Notes under the pieces: model-generated
The model's database searches: none
Told to the model about the DNA's origin: nothing
The model's input: the letters and a program-made list of their open reading frames with translations, nothing else
In this document: piece by piece, positions 14,358 through 29,622 of the stretch
Layout of the letters: the number at the start of each line of letters is the position of its first letter
How positions within the stretch are numbered: the stretch's first letter is position 1
Position numbers and translations under genes: made by a program
Assembly: GCF_009914755.1 (NCBI RefSeq)
Contig: NC_060929.1
Reading direction: 5' to 3' (one strand)
Source: the human T2T-CHM13v2.0 reference genome, Homo sapiens
Length of the DNA stretch: 64,000 nt

Positions 14358-15024
14358 TGTGATGGTTAAGTCTTACAGGTCTAGGGTAAGGGATTCCAGA
14401 TAGGTGGTAAAACATCATACATTTCTGGTTATGTCTATGGTAGTGTGTCTGGGAGAGACTTGCATTTGAATTGGTAGAGTGAGTAAAAAAGATTGCCCTC
14501 ACTAATAAGAATGGGCATCATCCAATCTGGTGAAGGCCTCAATAGAATAAAAAGGTGGAAAAAAAAAAAAAAAGCAAATTTTCTCTCTCTGCTTGAGGTG
14601 GGCCATCTACCTTCTGTCCTCAGACACTGCTGTTCCTAGTTCTCTGGACATTGAACTCAAACAGAAACCGTTCCCAACACCTGGCCCTGCCACCCCACCC
14701 TGTTCTTGGGCCTTTAGACTCAAACTGGGACTTACACCATTAGCTCTCATGGTTTTCAGGCATCTGAGTTTGGACTAGAACTACATCACCAGCTTTCCTG
14801 GGCCTCCAGCTTGCAGATGAAGGATTGTGGGACTTAGCCTCCATAATCATATGAGCCAATCCCTCATAATAATAAATATGCATGTATGTATATGTGTATA
14901 TTATATATAATATATAATTATGTTATAATATATAATTTATTATATATAACTTATAATATAATCTATATAATTATATATAACATAATCTATAGGTTCTGTT
15001 TCTTGGAGAACTCAAACTAATGCC
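14358..15024 (+). mobile_element. MLT2-family (ERVL) solo LTR
   Basis: Starts TGTGATGGTTAA, ends GGTTCTGTTTCTTGGAGAACTCAAACTAAT; internal TA-rich tract; 5-bp TSD ATCAC (14353-14357 / 15025-15029). Confidence 0.88.
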
Positions 15025-15839
15025 ATCACATTAAACGTCAGTGGTGTAACTACACCAATTAAAAGAGATTGTCAGAGTGGATCAAAAAAATAAGACTCAG
15101 CTGTATGTTGTCTACAAGATACCCATCTTAAATATAAAAGACACCCATAGTTTAAAAGTAAATGGATGGAGAAAGATATACCATGCTAATGCCAATCAAA
15201 AGAAAGCCAGAGTAGCTATATTAATTTCAGACAAAGCAGACTTCAGAGTAAGGAGGCCTATCTGGAATAAGAGGGACATTATGTAATGGTAAAGGGGTCA
15301 CTACTCCAAGAAGACATAAAAAACTTTAATGCGTATGCACTTAACAACAGAGTGACAAAATACATGAGGTAAAAACTGATAGAACTACAAGGAGAAATAG
15401 ATGAACCTACTATTGTATTATACTTGGAGACTTTAACACTCTTCTATGAGAAATGGACGGTTCCAGCAGGCAGAAAATCCATAAGGACCTACTTGAACTC
15501 AACAGCACCATCAATAAACTGGATATAATTGACATCTATAGGCTACTTCTTCCAACAACAACAGATCATACATTTTATTCAAGTTCATATGGAACATTCA
15601 CTAAGACAAACCACATTTGGGGCCATAAAACACACCTTAGCAAATTTAAAAGGATAGAAATCATATAGTATCTGCTCTCAGACACAAAAGAATTAAACTA
15701 GAAATCAATACCATAAAGATAACTGGAAAATCCAAAAATATTTGGAGGTTAAACAATGCACTTCTAAACACACACACAAGTCAAAGAAGAAATCTCAAGA
15801 TAAATTTATAAATATTTTGAACTAAAAAAATGAAAATAT

Positions 15840-16204
<365 letters not shown>

Positions 16205-19105
16205 TTAAATAAATATATTAGAAAATAAGAAACTTTTTAAATCAATAATCTTAGCTTTCACCTTAGGAAACTAAGGAAAAGAAGGGCAAATTAAATCCAA
16301 AATAAGCCAGAGGAAAAAATCTGAGCAGAAATCAATGAAATTGATGAAAAGGAAACCAACAGAGAAAATCAACAAAGCCAAAGGCTGGTTGTTTGAAAAG
16401 ATAAATAAAATTGATAAGCCTCTAGCAAGCTAACTGACAAAAAAAGAGAAGACAAGTTACTAATATCTGAAATGAAAGATAAGACATCACTACAGATCCC
16501 ATGGATATTAAAAGAATAATAAATACTATGAACACCTCTATACTCAAAAATTTGATAACCTAGATGAAATAGACCAGTTCCTTGAAAGTCATAATATACC
16601 AAACTCACACAGGAAGAAACAGACCACCTGAATAGGCCTATACCTGTATTAGAAACATTGAATCAATAATTAATAATGTTCCAAAAGAGAAAGAGCCAAG
16701 CCCAGATGTGTGGGCTGGCGAATTCTCCCAAATATTTAAGGAAGAAATTAGAGTAATTTTCTACAATCTCTCATAAAATAGAAGCCAGGGGAATACCTTC
16801 TAACTCATTCTATCAATACCAAAACCAGACAAAGACATTACAAGAAAAGAACATGACAGACCAATATCTCTCATGAACACAGATGCAAAAATCCTCAACA
16901 AAATATTCAACAATGTATAGGAGGAATTATACAGCACAGAACCAACTGAGTTTTATTCCAGGTATGCAAAGCTGGTTCAACATTCAAAAATCAAATAGTA
17001 TAAGTGGTCACATCAACAGGCTGAAGAAAAAAATTACAATTACATCCATACATGTAGCATTTGATAAAATCCAACACCCATTCATGATAAAAAACTCTGA
17101 GTAACCTAGAAATAGAGGGGAACTTCCTCAACTTGATGAAGAACATCTAATAACCTACAGATAACATATTTAACGGTGAAAAACCTGAAGTTTTCCCACT
17201 AAGGTCATAAAAATGTCAAGGATGTTCCCTCTTACCACTGCTTTTTGGCATTGTACTGGAAGTATCACCTGACACAATAAAACACAAATAGGAAATAAAA
17301 GGCAAACAGATTGAAAAGATCAAACTGTCTTTGTTCACAGATGACATAATCATCTATGTAGAAATACAAAAGAATAAACAAAAAAACACCCTTGCTGGAA
17401 CTAATAAACAATTATAGTAAGTTTGCAGAACACAAGATTAACAGAAAAAATCGCTTCCCTACATACTAGCAATGAACAAGTGGAATTTAAAATTAAAAAT
17501 ACATTACCATTTACATTAGCACCCTAGAAATGAGATACACAGGTATAAATCTAACAAAATATGTACAAGATCTATATGAGGAGAACTTCAAAACTCTGTT
17601 GAAAGACATCAAAAAAGAAATAAGTAAATGAGAGCGATACCATGTTCATGGAGAGGAAGACTCAATATCATCAAGATGTCAGCTCTTTCCAACTTAATCT
17701 ATAGAGTCAATGCAATCCCAATCAAAATCCCAGCAATTATTTTGTGGATATCAAAAAATTAATTCTAAAATTTGTATAAAGAGGCAAAACCCCAGAATAA
17801 CCAACAATACTGAAAGAAGAATAAAGTCAGAGGACTGACACTATTTGACTACAGTACTAAAGAAGTGTGGTACTGAAGAATAGACAAGTAGATCAGTGGA
17901 ACAGAATAAAGAGCCCAGAAACAGACCCACATAAATATAGTCAACTGATCTGTGACAAAGGAGTAAAGGCAATACAATGGAGCAAAGATAGTCTTTGAAC
18001 AAATGGTGTTTGAACAATTGAGCATAGATGTGCAACAAAATAAATCTAGACACATATCTTGTGCCCTTCACAAAAAAATTAACTAAAAATGGATCATATA
18101 CCTAAATGAAAATGTAAAACAATAAAACTCCTAGAAGATAACATAGGAGAAAACTTAACTGACCTTGGATATGGCAATGACTTTTTAGATTCAACACAAA
18201 ACATTTTGTGATAGAAATAACTGGTAAGTTTGGCTTCATTAAAATTAAAAACTGTGTGAAAGGCACTGTCAAGAGAATGAGAAGGCACAGAATGAGGGAA
18301 AATGTTTGCAAAAAACACATCTGATAAAGGACTGTTGATCCAAAATAAGCAAAGAACTCTTAAAACAACAAGAAAATGAACAACCTGATTAAAAAATGAA
18401 CAAAAAAGCCTTTCACCAATGAAGATATAGAGATGGCAAGTAAGCATACAAAAAGATGCTCAATATCATACATCATTAGGGAATTTCAAGTTAAAACTAA
18501 ATACCACTATGCAAATATTTGAATGGCCAAAATTCAAAATACTGACACCACCAAATGCTGACAAAAATGTGAAGCAACAAGAATTTCCATTCATTGCTGG
18601 TGGAAATGCAAACTGGGACAGCCACTTTGGAGGACAATTTGGTAGCTTCTTACAAAGCTAAACACATTCTTAACATACAATCCAGCAATTCATCTCCTTA
18701 ATACTTACTCAAAAAACTGAAAACTTATTTCCTCATGAAAACATGCACACAAATGTTTATGGCAGCTTTACCTACAATTGCCAATACATAGAAGCAACCA
18801 AGATTCTTCAGTAGGTAAATGAAGAAATAAATTGTAGTACATCTAGACAATGAAATATTATTCAACACTAGAAAGAAATGAGTTGGTCATGTAAAGACAC
18901 AGAGGAAACTTAAACACATATTACTAAGTGAAAGAAGCCAATCTGAAAAGGCTATGAACTGCATGGTTCAAATTACATAATAATCTGGAAAAGGCAAAAC
19001 TATGGATACAGCAAAAAGATCAGTGGTTGCCAGGGGTTCAGAGAGACAGAGGGATGAATGGGCAGAATACAGGGTATTTTTAGGGTAGTAAAACTAGTCT
19101 GTATG

Positions 19106-19518
19106 TGCCCAAGGCCTTGGGACCCACCTCTTGCATCATTGTGCCCTGGTTGTGAGACACGGAGTCAAAGGAGGTTATTTGGGAGCTTTAAGATTTAATG
19201 ACTGCCCTACTGGGTTTTATACATGCATGGGGCCTATAGTCCTTTTGTTTTAGCCAATTTCTCCCATTTGGAACAGGAGCATTTACCCGATGCTTGTACC
19301 CCGACTGCATCTTGGAGTAACTAACTTGTTTTTTATTTCACAGGCTCATGGGCAGAAGGGACTTACTTTGTCTCAGATGAGACTTTGGACTGTGGACTTT
19401 TGAGTTAATGCTGAATGAGTTAAGACTTGGGGGACTATTGAGGGGGATTATTGAGAAGGGATAATTGTATTTAGCAATGTGAGAAGGACATAAGATTTGG
19501 GAGGGGCCAGGGGCAGAA
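19106..19518 (+). mobile_element. MST/THE1 MaLR internal region, 3' part with polypurine tract
   Basis: TGCCCAAGGCCTTGGGA...GACTTTGGACTGTGGACTTTTGAGTTAATGCTG...GGGAGGGGCCAGGGGCAGAA. Confidence 0.85.
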
Positions 19519-19884
19519 TGATATGGTTTGGATTTGTGTCCCCACACAAATCTCATGGGGAATTGGAGGAGGGGCCTGGTGGGAAGTGATTGGATCATGG
19601 GGCTGGATTTCCCCCTTGTTCTTCTTGTGATAGTGAGTTCTCACGAGATCTGATAGTTTAAAAGTGTATGGCACTTCCCCCTTCACTCGCTCTCTCTCTC
19701 CTGCTGCATGTGAAGAAGGTGCTTGCTTCCCCTTCACCTTCTGCCATGATTTTAAGTTTCTTGAGGCCTCCCAGTCATGCTTCCTGTTAAGTCTGCAGAT
19801 CTGTGAGTCAATTAAATCTCTTCTCTTCATAAATTACCCAGTCTCAGGTAGTTCTTTATAGCAGCATAACAATAGACTAATACA
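19519..19884 (+). mobile_element. MSTA-like MaLR LTR
   Basis: TGATATGGTTTGG...AATTACCCAGTCTCAGGTAGTTCTTTATAGCAG...GACTAATACA. Confidence 0.92.
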
Positions 19885-21176
19885 GTATGATACTACAATG
19901 GTTAATATATAGGATACATTTGTCAAAACTGATAGGATATATAAGAATGAACCCTAATTTGAACTATATATGATAATGATGTCTTAATGTATTCAGCAAT
20001 TGTAACAAATGTACCACTGTGGCACATGTAAGATATGGATAATCAGGCAGGATGTGTGGAGGGAAAGAAGGAGTATATATGAACTCTCGGTGCTTCACAC
20101 TCAATTTTGCTCTGAACTTTAAACTGCTTTAAAAAATAAATTTTATTAATTAAAAAGAAGTTGCCCTACTTATAGAACCAGAGAAGGGGAGGCTTATCTG
20201 TTAATACTTGTAGCACCTGCAGATGGGCTATATTAACTTCTTTTGTTCTTGCGGTAGGAAGCACAGGTGTTTTCACCACTTAATGGAAAGAGGTTCCAAC
20301 TTTACTGAATAGACAGCCAATTCCAAAACCCCAACAGATGGGGTTCTAGATACCTAAGCAATAAACAGCCAAGGGCACTTTTAGCCACTGGGTGGTCCAC
20401 AAAATAGACTATCCAAATCACATTTAATCTGCCTAATCTAAACCTAGAAAACCTTCCATTTATTTTAGAAATAATGCACAAAGAATATCATTATTTGCTT
20501 TGTAAATAATTCCCCCAGAATACCCCAAAAGTACATTAACTGGAATCTTCCTCAGTTCGCTATGTAAATAAAATTCTTCAAAGCACATGGGATAAGTCTT
20601 GACATTTTTCTCAAAAAATTTCCCAAAAGGTTAGACAGTAAGAAAGGTAGGAATCAACTTCAACAAAAGAAGAAATCAACTTAATCCACTCAGGTTAATT
20701 TTTAATTGAATCCAGATAGCCTTACTATTTCACTGAACCAGTTATTCCTTTAAAATAAAGAGCCACATTTATCAACCAAATTCCCATTAAATGTCACCAA
20801 AATGATCATCTCATATTGAAATATGTATGCCTTACAGATGAAATGAAAATTAATCCTAGTTACAGTGATCGCAAGTGAAGATCTGTTGGATATTTTTAAT
20901 GTAAATCAAATTCATATTGTAAATTTACTGAATAAAATGTAATATTTACTAAATTAATGGCCCTTTAACATGTATATGGCTTTTCACTTTATAAACAAAT
21001 CTAAGACAGAAAGTACTTAAATACCTAAAATCAACTTGCAAAATCTTAGGAAATGTATTTTTTATATTAAGATTTATTCTGAGGTTATAGTTTCATAGGA
21101 CATAGTGAATTTAAAAAGCCAGTAATTATTGTATTTAGTAAATACAGAACAAGTCACTAAAAAAGTGACAAAATGG

Positions 21177-21457
21177 GGCCGGGCACGGTAGCTCATGCCT
21201 GTAATCTCAGCGCTTTGGGAGGCTGAGGCAGGCAGATCACGAGGTCAGGAGTTCAAAACAAGCCTGGCCAGTATGGTGAAACCCCGTCTCTACTAAAAAT
21301 ACAAAAATTAGCCGGGTGTGGTGGCATGTGCCTATAGTCCTAGCTACTCAGGAGGCTGAGACAGGAGAATCGCTTGAACCCAGGAGGTGAAGGTTGCGGT
21401 GAGCCAAGATTGCACCACTGCACTCCAGCCTGGGCAACAGAGCGAGACTTCATCTCA

Positions 21458-21494
<37 letters not shown>

Positions 21495-21515
21495 GAAAAG
21501 AAAAGAAAAGAAAAG
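21177..21515 (+). mobile_element. Alu (AluSg-like) with A-run + (AAAAG)9 tail
   Basis: Full dimer; TSD AAAAAGTGACAAAATGG at 21160-21176 and 21516-21532. Confidence 0.95.
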
Positions 21516-21532
21516 AAAAAGTGACAAAATGG

Positions 21533-24500
21533 GAAGTGGAGAAAGATGGCCAAATAGAAGCATCCACCCATTGTCCTCCCAGCAAGAACACCGAAGTGAA
21601 TGACTATTCACACAAAAAAGGACCTTCCTAAGAACCAAAAATCAGACGAGTCATAACAGTACCTGGTTTTAACTTCGGATCACTGAAAGCAGCACTGAAG
21701 AGAGTAGAAAAGACAGTTTTGAATTACTGATGCCACCCTACCCGATCACCCGGCAGCGGCCGCATGGTACGGAGAATCTGTGCCATTGTGGGAGGGAGAG
21801 CACAGTGACTGTGGGACTTCGCATTGGAACTCAGTGCTGCATGTCACAGCAGAGAGCAACACCGAACAGAACTCAGTTGGCACTCATGGAGGGAGCATAT
21901 AGACCAGCCCTAGCCAGAGGGGAATCCCCCAGCCCAGTGGCCAGAACCTGAGTTCTGGCAAGCTTTACCACCATGGGCTAAAGTGTTTGGTGCTAAATAA
22001 ACATGAAATACAATCTAGAACACAAGTACTACAATTCCTGGGCAAGTCCTGATGCTGTGCTGGACTCAAAGCCAGTGAATGTGCAGGGCATATGACCCAG
22101 TGAGACACCAGCCAGGGTGGCCAAGGGAGTACTTGTACCACTCCTCCCTCAATCAACCCCAGGCAGCACAGCTTAAAGCTATAGGAGATACTCCTTCCTT
22201 CCACTTGAGGAGAAGAGAGGGAAGAGTAAAGAGGGCTTTGTTTTGCAACTTGAAAACCAGCTCGGTCACAGTAGGATAGGGCACCAGGCAGAGTCGTGAA
22301 GTTACCATTCCAGGCCCTAGCTCCCAGAAGACATTTCTAGACACATCCTGGGCCTGTAGGGAACCCACTGTCTTGAAGGGAAGAACCCAGTCTTGGCAGG
22401 ATTCATTACCTTCTGACTAAAGAGCCCTTGGGGCCTGAATAATCAGCAGTGGTAGCCAGGCAGTACTTGCTATGGGTCTTGGGTAAGACTCAGAGATGTG
22501 CTGGCTTCAGGTGCGACCCAGCACATTCCCAGCTGTAGTTGCTACAAGGAGGAACTCCTTCTGATTGAGAAAACGAGAAGGAAGACAAAAGGGTACTTTG
22601 TCTTGCAGCTTAGGTACCAGCTTGGCCACAGTAGGGTACCTGCTTGGCCCTGGGTCCAGGCCTTGGCTCTTGGATGGCATTTCTGGACCTGTCCTGGCCC
22701 AGAAGGAAGCCCACTGTCCTGAAGGGAGCAGTAGCCAGGCAGTATTCACTGCAGGCCTGGGGTAATAGGAGCCACAGGGAGATTCCTCTGCTCAAGGAAA
22801 GGGGAGGGAAGACTGAGAAGGACTTTGTCTTATGATTCGGGTGCCAGCTCAGGCACAGAATAGAATACCAAGTAGATTCCTAAAGTTTCTGACTCCAGGC
22901 CCTGGCTGCTGAATGGCATCACTGGATCCGCCCAGGACCAGGGGAAACTTGCCGCCCTGAAACAAAGAACATTAGCTTGGCTGACTTTGCCATCTGCTGA
23001 TTATAGAGCCCTAGGGCCTTGAGCAACCATAGGTGGTAGCCAGACAGTGGTTACCACAGGCCTTGGGTGTGACCCAGTGCTGGACCAGCTTCATGTCTGA
23101 CCCAGTGGTTATAGCCACGGGGGTGCTTGTGTCACCCCTCACGCAGCTCCAGGCACCTCAGCACAGACAGAAAGACTGTTTGTTTGGAAGAAAGTAAAGA
23201 AAAAGAATAAGAGTTTCCACCAGGTAATCCAGGGAAAGCTTCCAGATCTCATGTAAGACCAACAAGGCAGTACCTCTACAAGTCTGCAAGAACCACAGCT
23301 TTATTGGGTTTGGGGCTCAAGTCCCTTCAAATACCTGAAAAGCCTTCCCAATAAGGAAAGGCACAACAAGCCCAAATTGCAAAGATTACAATGCCTAACT
23401 CTTCAATGCTCGAACACTGATGAACAACTGCATGCATCAAGGCCATCCAGGAAAACACAACCTCAATAAACAAACTAAATAAGCCTCCAGAGACCAATAA
23501 TGGAGAGATGGAGATATGTGCACTTCCAGACAGAATTTAAAATAGCTGTTTTTGAGGAAACTCAGCAAAATTAAAGAAAACACAGAGAAGGAACTCAGAA
23601 TGTTATCAGATAAATTTAACAGAGATTGAAATATTAATAAAAAGAATCAAGCAGAAATTCTGAAGTTGAAAAACGCAACTGACATACTGAAGAATGTATC
23701 AGAGTCTCTTAACACCAGAATTGATCAAGCAGAAGAACAAATTAGTGAGCTTGAAGACAAGCTATTTGACAGTATACAGTCAGAGGAGAAAAAAAGAAAA
23801 AAGAATAAAGTATGCTTACAGGATGTAGGAAATAGCCTCAAAGGGCAAATCTAAGAGTTATTGGCTGTAAAGAGGTGGTAGAAAAAGAGATAAGGGTAGA
23901 GACTATTCAAAGGAATAATAACAGAAATTCTCAAACCTAGAGAAAGGTATTAATATTTAAGTACAATAAAGTTATAGAACACTAAGCATATTTAACCGAA
24001 ATAAGACTATCTCAAGGCATCTAATAATCAATTCCCAAAGGTCAAGGATAAAGAAAGAATCCTACAAGCAGCAAAAGAGAAACAAATAACATACAATAAA
24101 GCTCTAATACATCTGACAGCAGATTTCTCAGCTGAAACCTTACAGGCCAGGAGAGAGTACCTAAAGTGCTAAAGAAAAAAAAAAAACTTCTAGAATAATA
24201 TATCCAGCAAAAATATCCTTCAAACATGAAGAAGAAATAAAAACTTTCCCAAAAAAGTTGAGTAATTTCATCAACACCAGACCTCCCCTACAAGAAATGC
24301 TAAAGGGAGTTATTTAATATGAAAGAAAAGAACATTAGTGAGCAACATAAAATCATTTAAAGGTACAAAACTTACTGGTATGGTAAGTACACAGAAAAAC
24401 ATAGAATATTGTGACACTGTAATTGTGGTGTTTAAACCATTCATATCTGGAGTAGAAAAACTAAAAGATAAACTGATCAAAAATAAAAACTACAACTTCT

Positions 24501-27500
24501 CAAGATGTAGACAGTACAATAACATATAAATAGAAACAAAAAATGTTTAAAAGTGGGGATGAAGTAAATGTAGAGTTTTTACTAGTTTTCTCTGTTTCTT
24601 TATGCAATCAGTGTTAAGTTTCATTAGTTTAAAAATAATGGGTTATAAGATATTATTTGCAAGATTTCTGGTAACCTCAAATCAAAAAGAATACAACAGA
24701 TAAACAAAAAAATAAAAAGCAAGAAATTAAAACATAATACCAGAGAAAATCACCTTCACTAAAAGGAAGACAGGAAGGAAGAAAAGAAGAAAGAGAAGAC
24801 CATAAGACAACCAGAAAACAAATAACAAAATGGCAGGAGTAAGTACTTAACTTATCAATAATAACATTGAATGTAAATGGACTAAACTCTCCAGTCAAAA
24901 GTCATAGTGTAGCTGAGTGGATATAAAAACAAGATCCAACGATCTGTTGCGTACAATAAACACACTTCACTAAAAAGACACAAAGACTGAAAATAAAGGG
25001 ATTAAGAAAGATATTCCATGCAAACAGAAACCTAAAAGAACAGAAGTAACTATGCGTATATCAGACAAAACAGATTTCAAGACAAAGAAGGCCATTATAT
25101 AATGATAAAGTGATCAATTCAGCAAAGAATATAACAATTGTAAATACATATGCATACAACACTGCAGCACCCAAATATATAAAGCAACTATTATTAGAGT
25201 TAGAGAGATAAACCCCAATAGAATAATAGCTGGAGACTTCAACAACCCTCTTTGAGCATTTGACAGATCGTTCAGACAAAAAAAGTCAACAAATAGGCCA
25301 AATCTTCACTATAGGCCAAATGGACCTAATAGATATTTACAGAACACTTCATCCAATAGCTGCAGAATACACATTCTTCTCCCCACATGGATCATTCAAA
25401 ACAGACCATATGTTAGGCCACAAAACAAGTCTTAAAATATTCCAAAAAATCTGAAATTATATCAAATAACTTCTTTGACCACAATGAAATAAAACCAGAA
25501 CTCGGTAACAAGAGGAGTTCTGGGAACTATATAAACACAGGTAAATTGAACAAATGTCCTCCTAAATGACCAGTGGGGTCAGTGAAGAAATTAAGAAGGA
25601 AATTTTAAAATGTATTGAAACAAATGATAATGGGAACACAACATACCAAAACCTGTGGGATACAGCGAAAGCCATTCTAAGAGGAAAGTTTATAGCTATA
25701 AACACCTACATCAAAAGAGTAGAAAAACTTCAAATAAACAATCTAACAATGCATCTTAAAGAATTAGAAAAGCAAGAGCAAACAAAGCCCAAAATTAGTA
25801 GAAGGAAAGAAATAATAAAGATCAAGCAGAAATAAATAAAATTGAAACAAAGCAATACAAAAGATCAATGAAAAAGTTGTTTTTTTCCAAAGATAAACAA
25901 AATCAATAAACCTTTACCCAGACTAAGAATAAAAGAGAGAAGACCCAAATAAATGAAATCAGAGATGAAAAACGAGACATTACAATTGTTACCACAGAAA
26001 TACAAAGGATTATTAGTGGCTACTATGAGCAACTACATGCCAATAAATTGGAAAACCTAGAAATGGCCAAATTCCCCTAGATACACACAAACTACCAAGA
26101 CTGCACCAAGATGAAATCCAAAACCTGAACAGACCAATAACAAGTAACAAAATTAATGCTGTAATAAAAAAAAAAACTCCCAGCAAAGAAAAGCCCAGGA
26201 CCCATTAACTTCACTGCTGAATTCTATCAAACATTTAAAGAAGAACTAATACCACCTCTACTCAAATTATTCTGAAATATAGAAGAGGAGGGAAGACTTC
26301 CAAACTCGTTTTAGAAGACTGGTATTACTCTGATACCAAAACCAGACAAAGACACATCAAAAAAAGAAAACTACAAGCCAATATCCCTAATGAACACTGA
26401 TGTAAACATCTTCAACAAAATACTAGCAACCAAATTCAACAACACATTAAAAACATCATTCATCATAACCAAGTAAGATTTATTTCAGGGGTGCAAGGAT
26501 GGTTCAACAGATGCAAATCAATCAATGTGCCTTTCCTCTAAAATCTGGAACTCAACAAGGATGCCCACTTTCACCACTGTTATTCAACACAGTACTGGAA
26601 GTTCCAGCTAGAGCAATCAGACAAGAGAAAGAAATAAAGGCATCCAAACTGGAAAGAAATAAATCAAATTATCCTTGTCTGCAGATGACTTTATCTTATA
26701 TTTGGTAAAACCCAAAGACTCCACCAAAAGACTATTGGAAGTGACAAACAAATTTGGGAAAGCTGCAGGAAGCAAAACCAACATACAAAAATCAGAAGCA
26801 TTTCTATATGTCAACAATGAACAATCTGAAAAATAAATCAAGAAAGTAATCCCATTTATAATAACCGAAAATAAAATAAAATACCTAGGAATTAACCAAA
26901 GAAGCGAAAGATCTCTGCAATAAAAACTATAAAACACTGATGAAAGAAATTGAAGAGGACAACAAAAAAAATGGAAAGATATTCCATGTTGATGAATTGG
27001 AAGAATCAATATTGCTAAAAATGTCCATACTACCCAAAGCAATCTACAGATTCAATGCAATCCATATTAAAATACCAATGACATTTTTTCACAGAAATAG
27101 AGAACATTCCTAATATTTATATAGAACCACAAAAGATTCAGAATAGGCAAAGCTATCCTGAGCAGAGAGAACAAAACTGGAGAAATCACATTACCTGACT
27201 TCAAATTATACTACACAGCTATAGTAACCCAAACAGCATGGTACTGGCATAAAAACAGACACACAGACCAATGAAACAGAAAAGAGAACACAGAAACAAA
27301 TCCATACATCTACAGTGAACTCATTTTTGACAAAGATGTCAAGGATATACACCGGAGAAAGGAAAGTATCTTCAATAAATGGCACTGGGAAAACTGGATA
27401 TTTATATGCAGAAGAATGAAACAAGATCCCTATTTCTCACCATATATAAAAACCAAATCAAAATGGATTACAGACTTAAATCTAAGACCTCAAACTATAA

Positions 27501-29065
27501 AACTCTTAAAAGAAAATATTGAGGAGGCCAGGTGTGGTGGCTCACGCCTGTAATCCCAGCACTTTGGGAGGCTGAGGTGGGTGGATCACGAGGTCAGGAG
27601 ATGGAGACCATCCTGGCCAACACAGTGAAAGCTTGTCTCTACTAAAATACAAAAAAATTATCCAGACATGGTGGCACGCGCCTGTAGTCCCAGCTACTCA
27701 GGAGGCCGAGGCAGGAGAATCGCTTGAACCTGGAGGCAGAGGTTGCAGCGAGCCTAGATCACGCCACTGCACTCCAGCCTGGCGATGGAGCAAGACTTTG
27801 TCTTAAAAAAAAAAAAAAAAAAAAAGAAAGAAAATATTGAGGAAACTCTCCAGGACATTGGACTGGGCAAAGGTTTATTGAGGAATACCCTACAAGCACA
27901 AGCAATCAAAGCAAAAATGGTCAAATGGAATTACATCAAGTTAAAAAGCTTCTTCACAGCAAAGGACACACTGAACAAAGTTAAAAGAGACAATCCGCAG
28001 AATGGGAGAAAATGTTTGCAAACTATCCACCTAACAGGGATCAATAACCAGAATATATAAGGAGCTCAAACAGCTGTACAGAAAAATAATCTAATAATGT
28101 GATTATAAAATGGGCAGAAGATCTGAATAGACATTTCTCAAAAGAAGTCATACAAATGGCAAACAGGCATATGAAAAGGCGCTCAACATCATTGATCATC
28201 AGAGAAAAACCAAACAAAAGTTCAATGAGTTATCACCTCACTTCAGTTAAAACAGCTTTTGTCCAAAAGACAGGCAATAACAAATGCTGGAGAGGATGTG
28301 GAGAAAAGGGAACCCTCGTACATTGTTGGTGGGAATATAAATTAGTACAACCACTATAGAGAATAGTTTGGAAGTTCCTCAAAAAACTAAAAATAGAACT
28401 ACCATATGATCCAGCAATCCCATTGCTAGGTATACACCCAAAAGAAAGAAAATCAGTATATTGAAGAGATACCTGCACTCCCATATTTATTGCAGCACCA
28501 CTCACAATAGCCAAGATTTGGAAGCAATCTTAGCGTCCATCAACAGACAAATGGATAAAGAAAATATGGTGCATATACAGAATGAAGTAGGCCATAAAAA
28601 AAAAGAATGAGATCCTGTCATTTCAACAACATGGACAGAACTGGAGGACATTATGTTAAGTGAAATAAGCCAGGCACAGAAAGACAAACTTTGCATGTTC
28701 TCAGGTATTTGTGGGAGCTAAAAATTAAAACAATTGAACTCATGGAGACAGAAAGTAGAATGACAGTTATTAGAGTCTAAAGGGTAGTGGGGCGAGGAAA
28801 AGTAAGGATGGTTAGTGGGTACAAAAATAGTCAGAATGAATAAGACCCAGCATTTGATAGTACAACAGGGTACCTGCAGTCAACAACAATTTATTGTACA
28901 TTTTAAAACAACTAAAAAAGTAGAATTGTATTGTGTGTAACAAAATAAAAGAATAAATGCTTGAGGTAACGGATACCCCCATTTACCCTGTGATTATTAT
29001 GCATTCTATGCCTGTGTCACATTATCTCAAGTATATACACCTACTATGTACCCACAAAAATTAAC
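21533..29065 (+). mobile_element. Near full-length L1MA2/L1MA3-like LINE-1 (decayed)
   Basis: 5' end AAGATGGCCAAATAGAAG, repeated 5'UTR units, ORF1 relic (23666-23854), ORF2 relics (25260-28359), L1MA-type 3'UTR ending CTACTATGTACCCACAAAAATTAA. Confidence 0.92.
27526..27827 (+). mobile_element. Alu (AluSc-like) inside L1 ORF2
   Basis: Full dimer; TSD AAAGAAAATATTGAGGA on both sides. Confidence 0.95.
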
Positions 29066-29263
29066 AATTAGAAATATTGACTAAGTAAATTTGGGGACTG
29101 ACTTTTCCAGATAAGTCATCCTCATTAATCTGGCTTTAGAAGTTTTTTTTTTCTATCCACAGTAAAAGTACTTTTTATTTCAATTTTTAAAAAGCCTCTG
29201 TTCCTTTTTCCTGAGCCCCATTCAGTCTCTATCCTCCACCCTTACCCCACCACCACCAAACTA

Positions 29264-29622
<359 letters not shown>

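Noticed and set aside
14880-14990. AT-rich quasi-palindromic tract
   Set aside because: Typical (TA)n expansion at the usual position within MLT2 LTRs
21457-21520. Identification as the RFC1 repeat locus
   Set aside because: RFC1 is exon-dense and no RFC1 coding exons are visible in the window; only the repeat class is shared
22190-23130. Repeat-spacer or CRISPR-like array
   Set aside because: Long diverged units of an L1 5'UTR in a human genome; no short identical repeats with unique spacers
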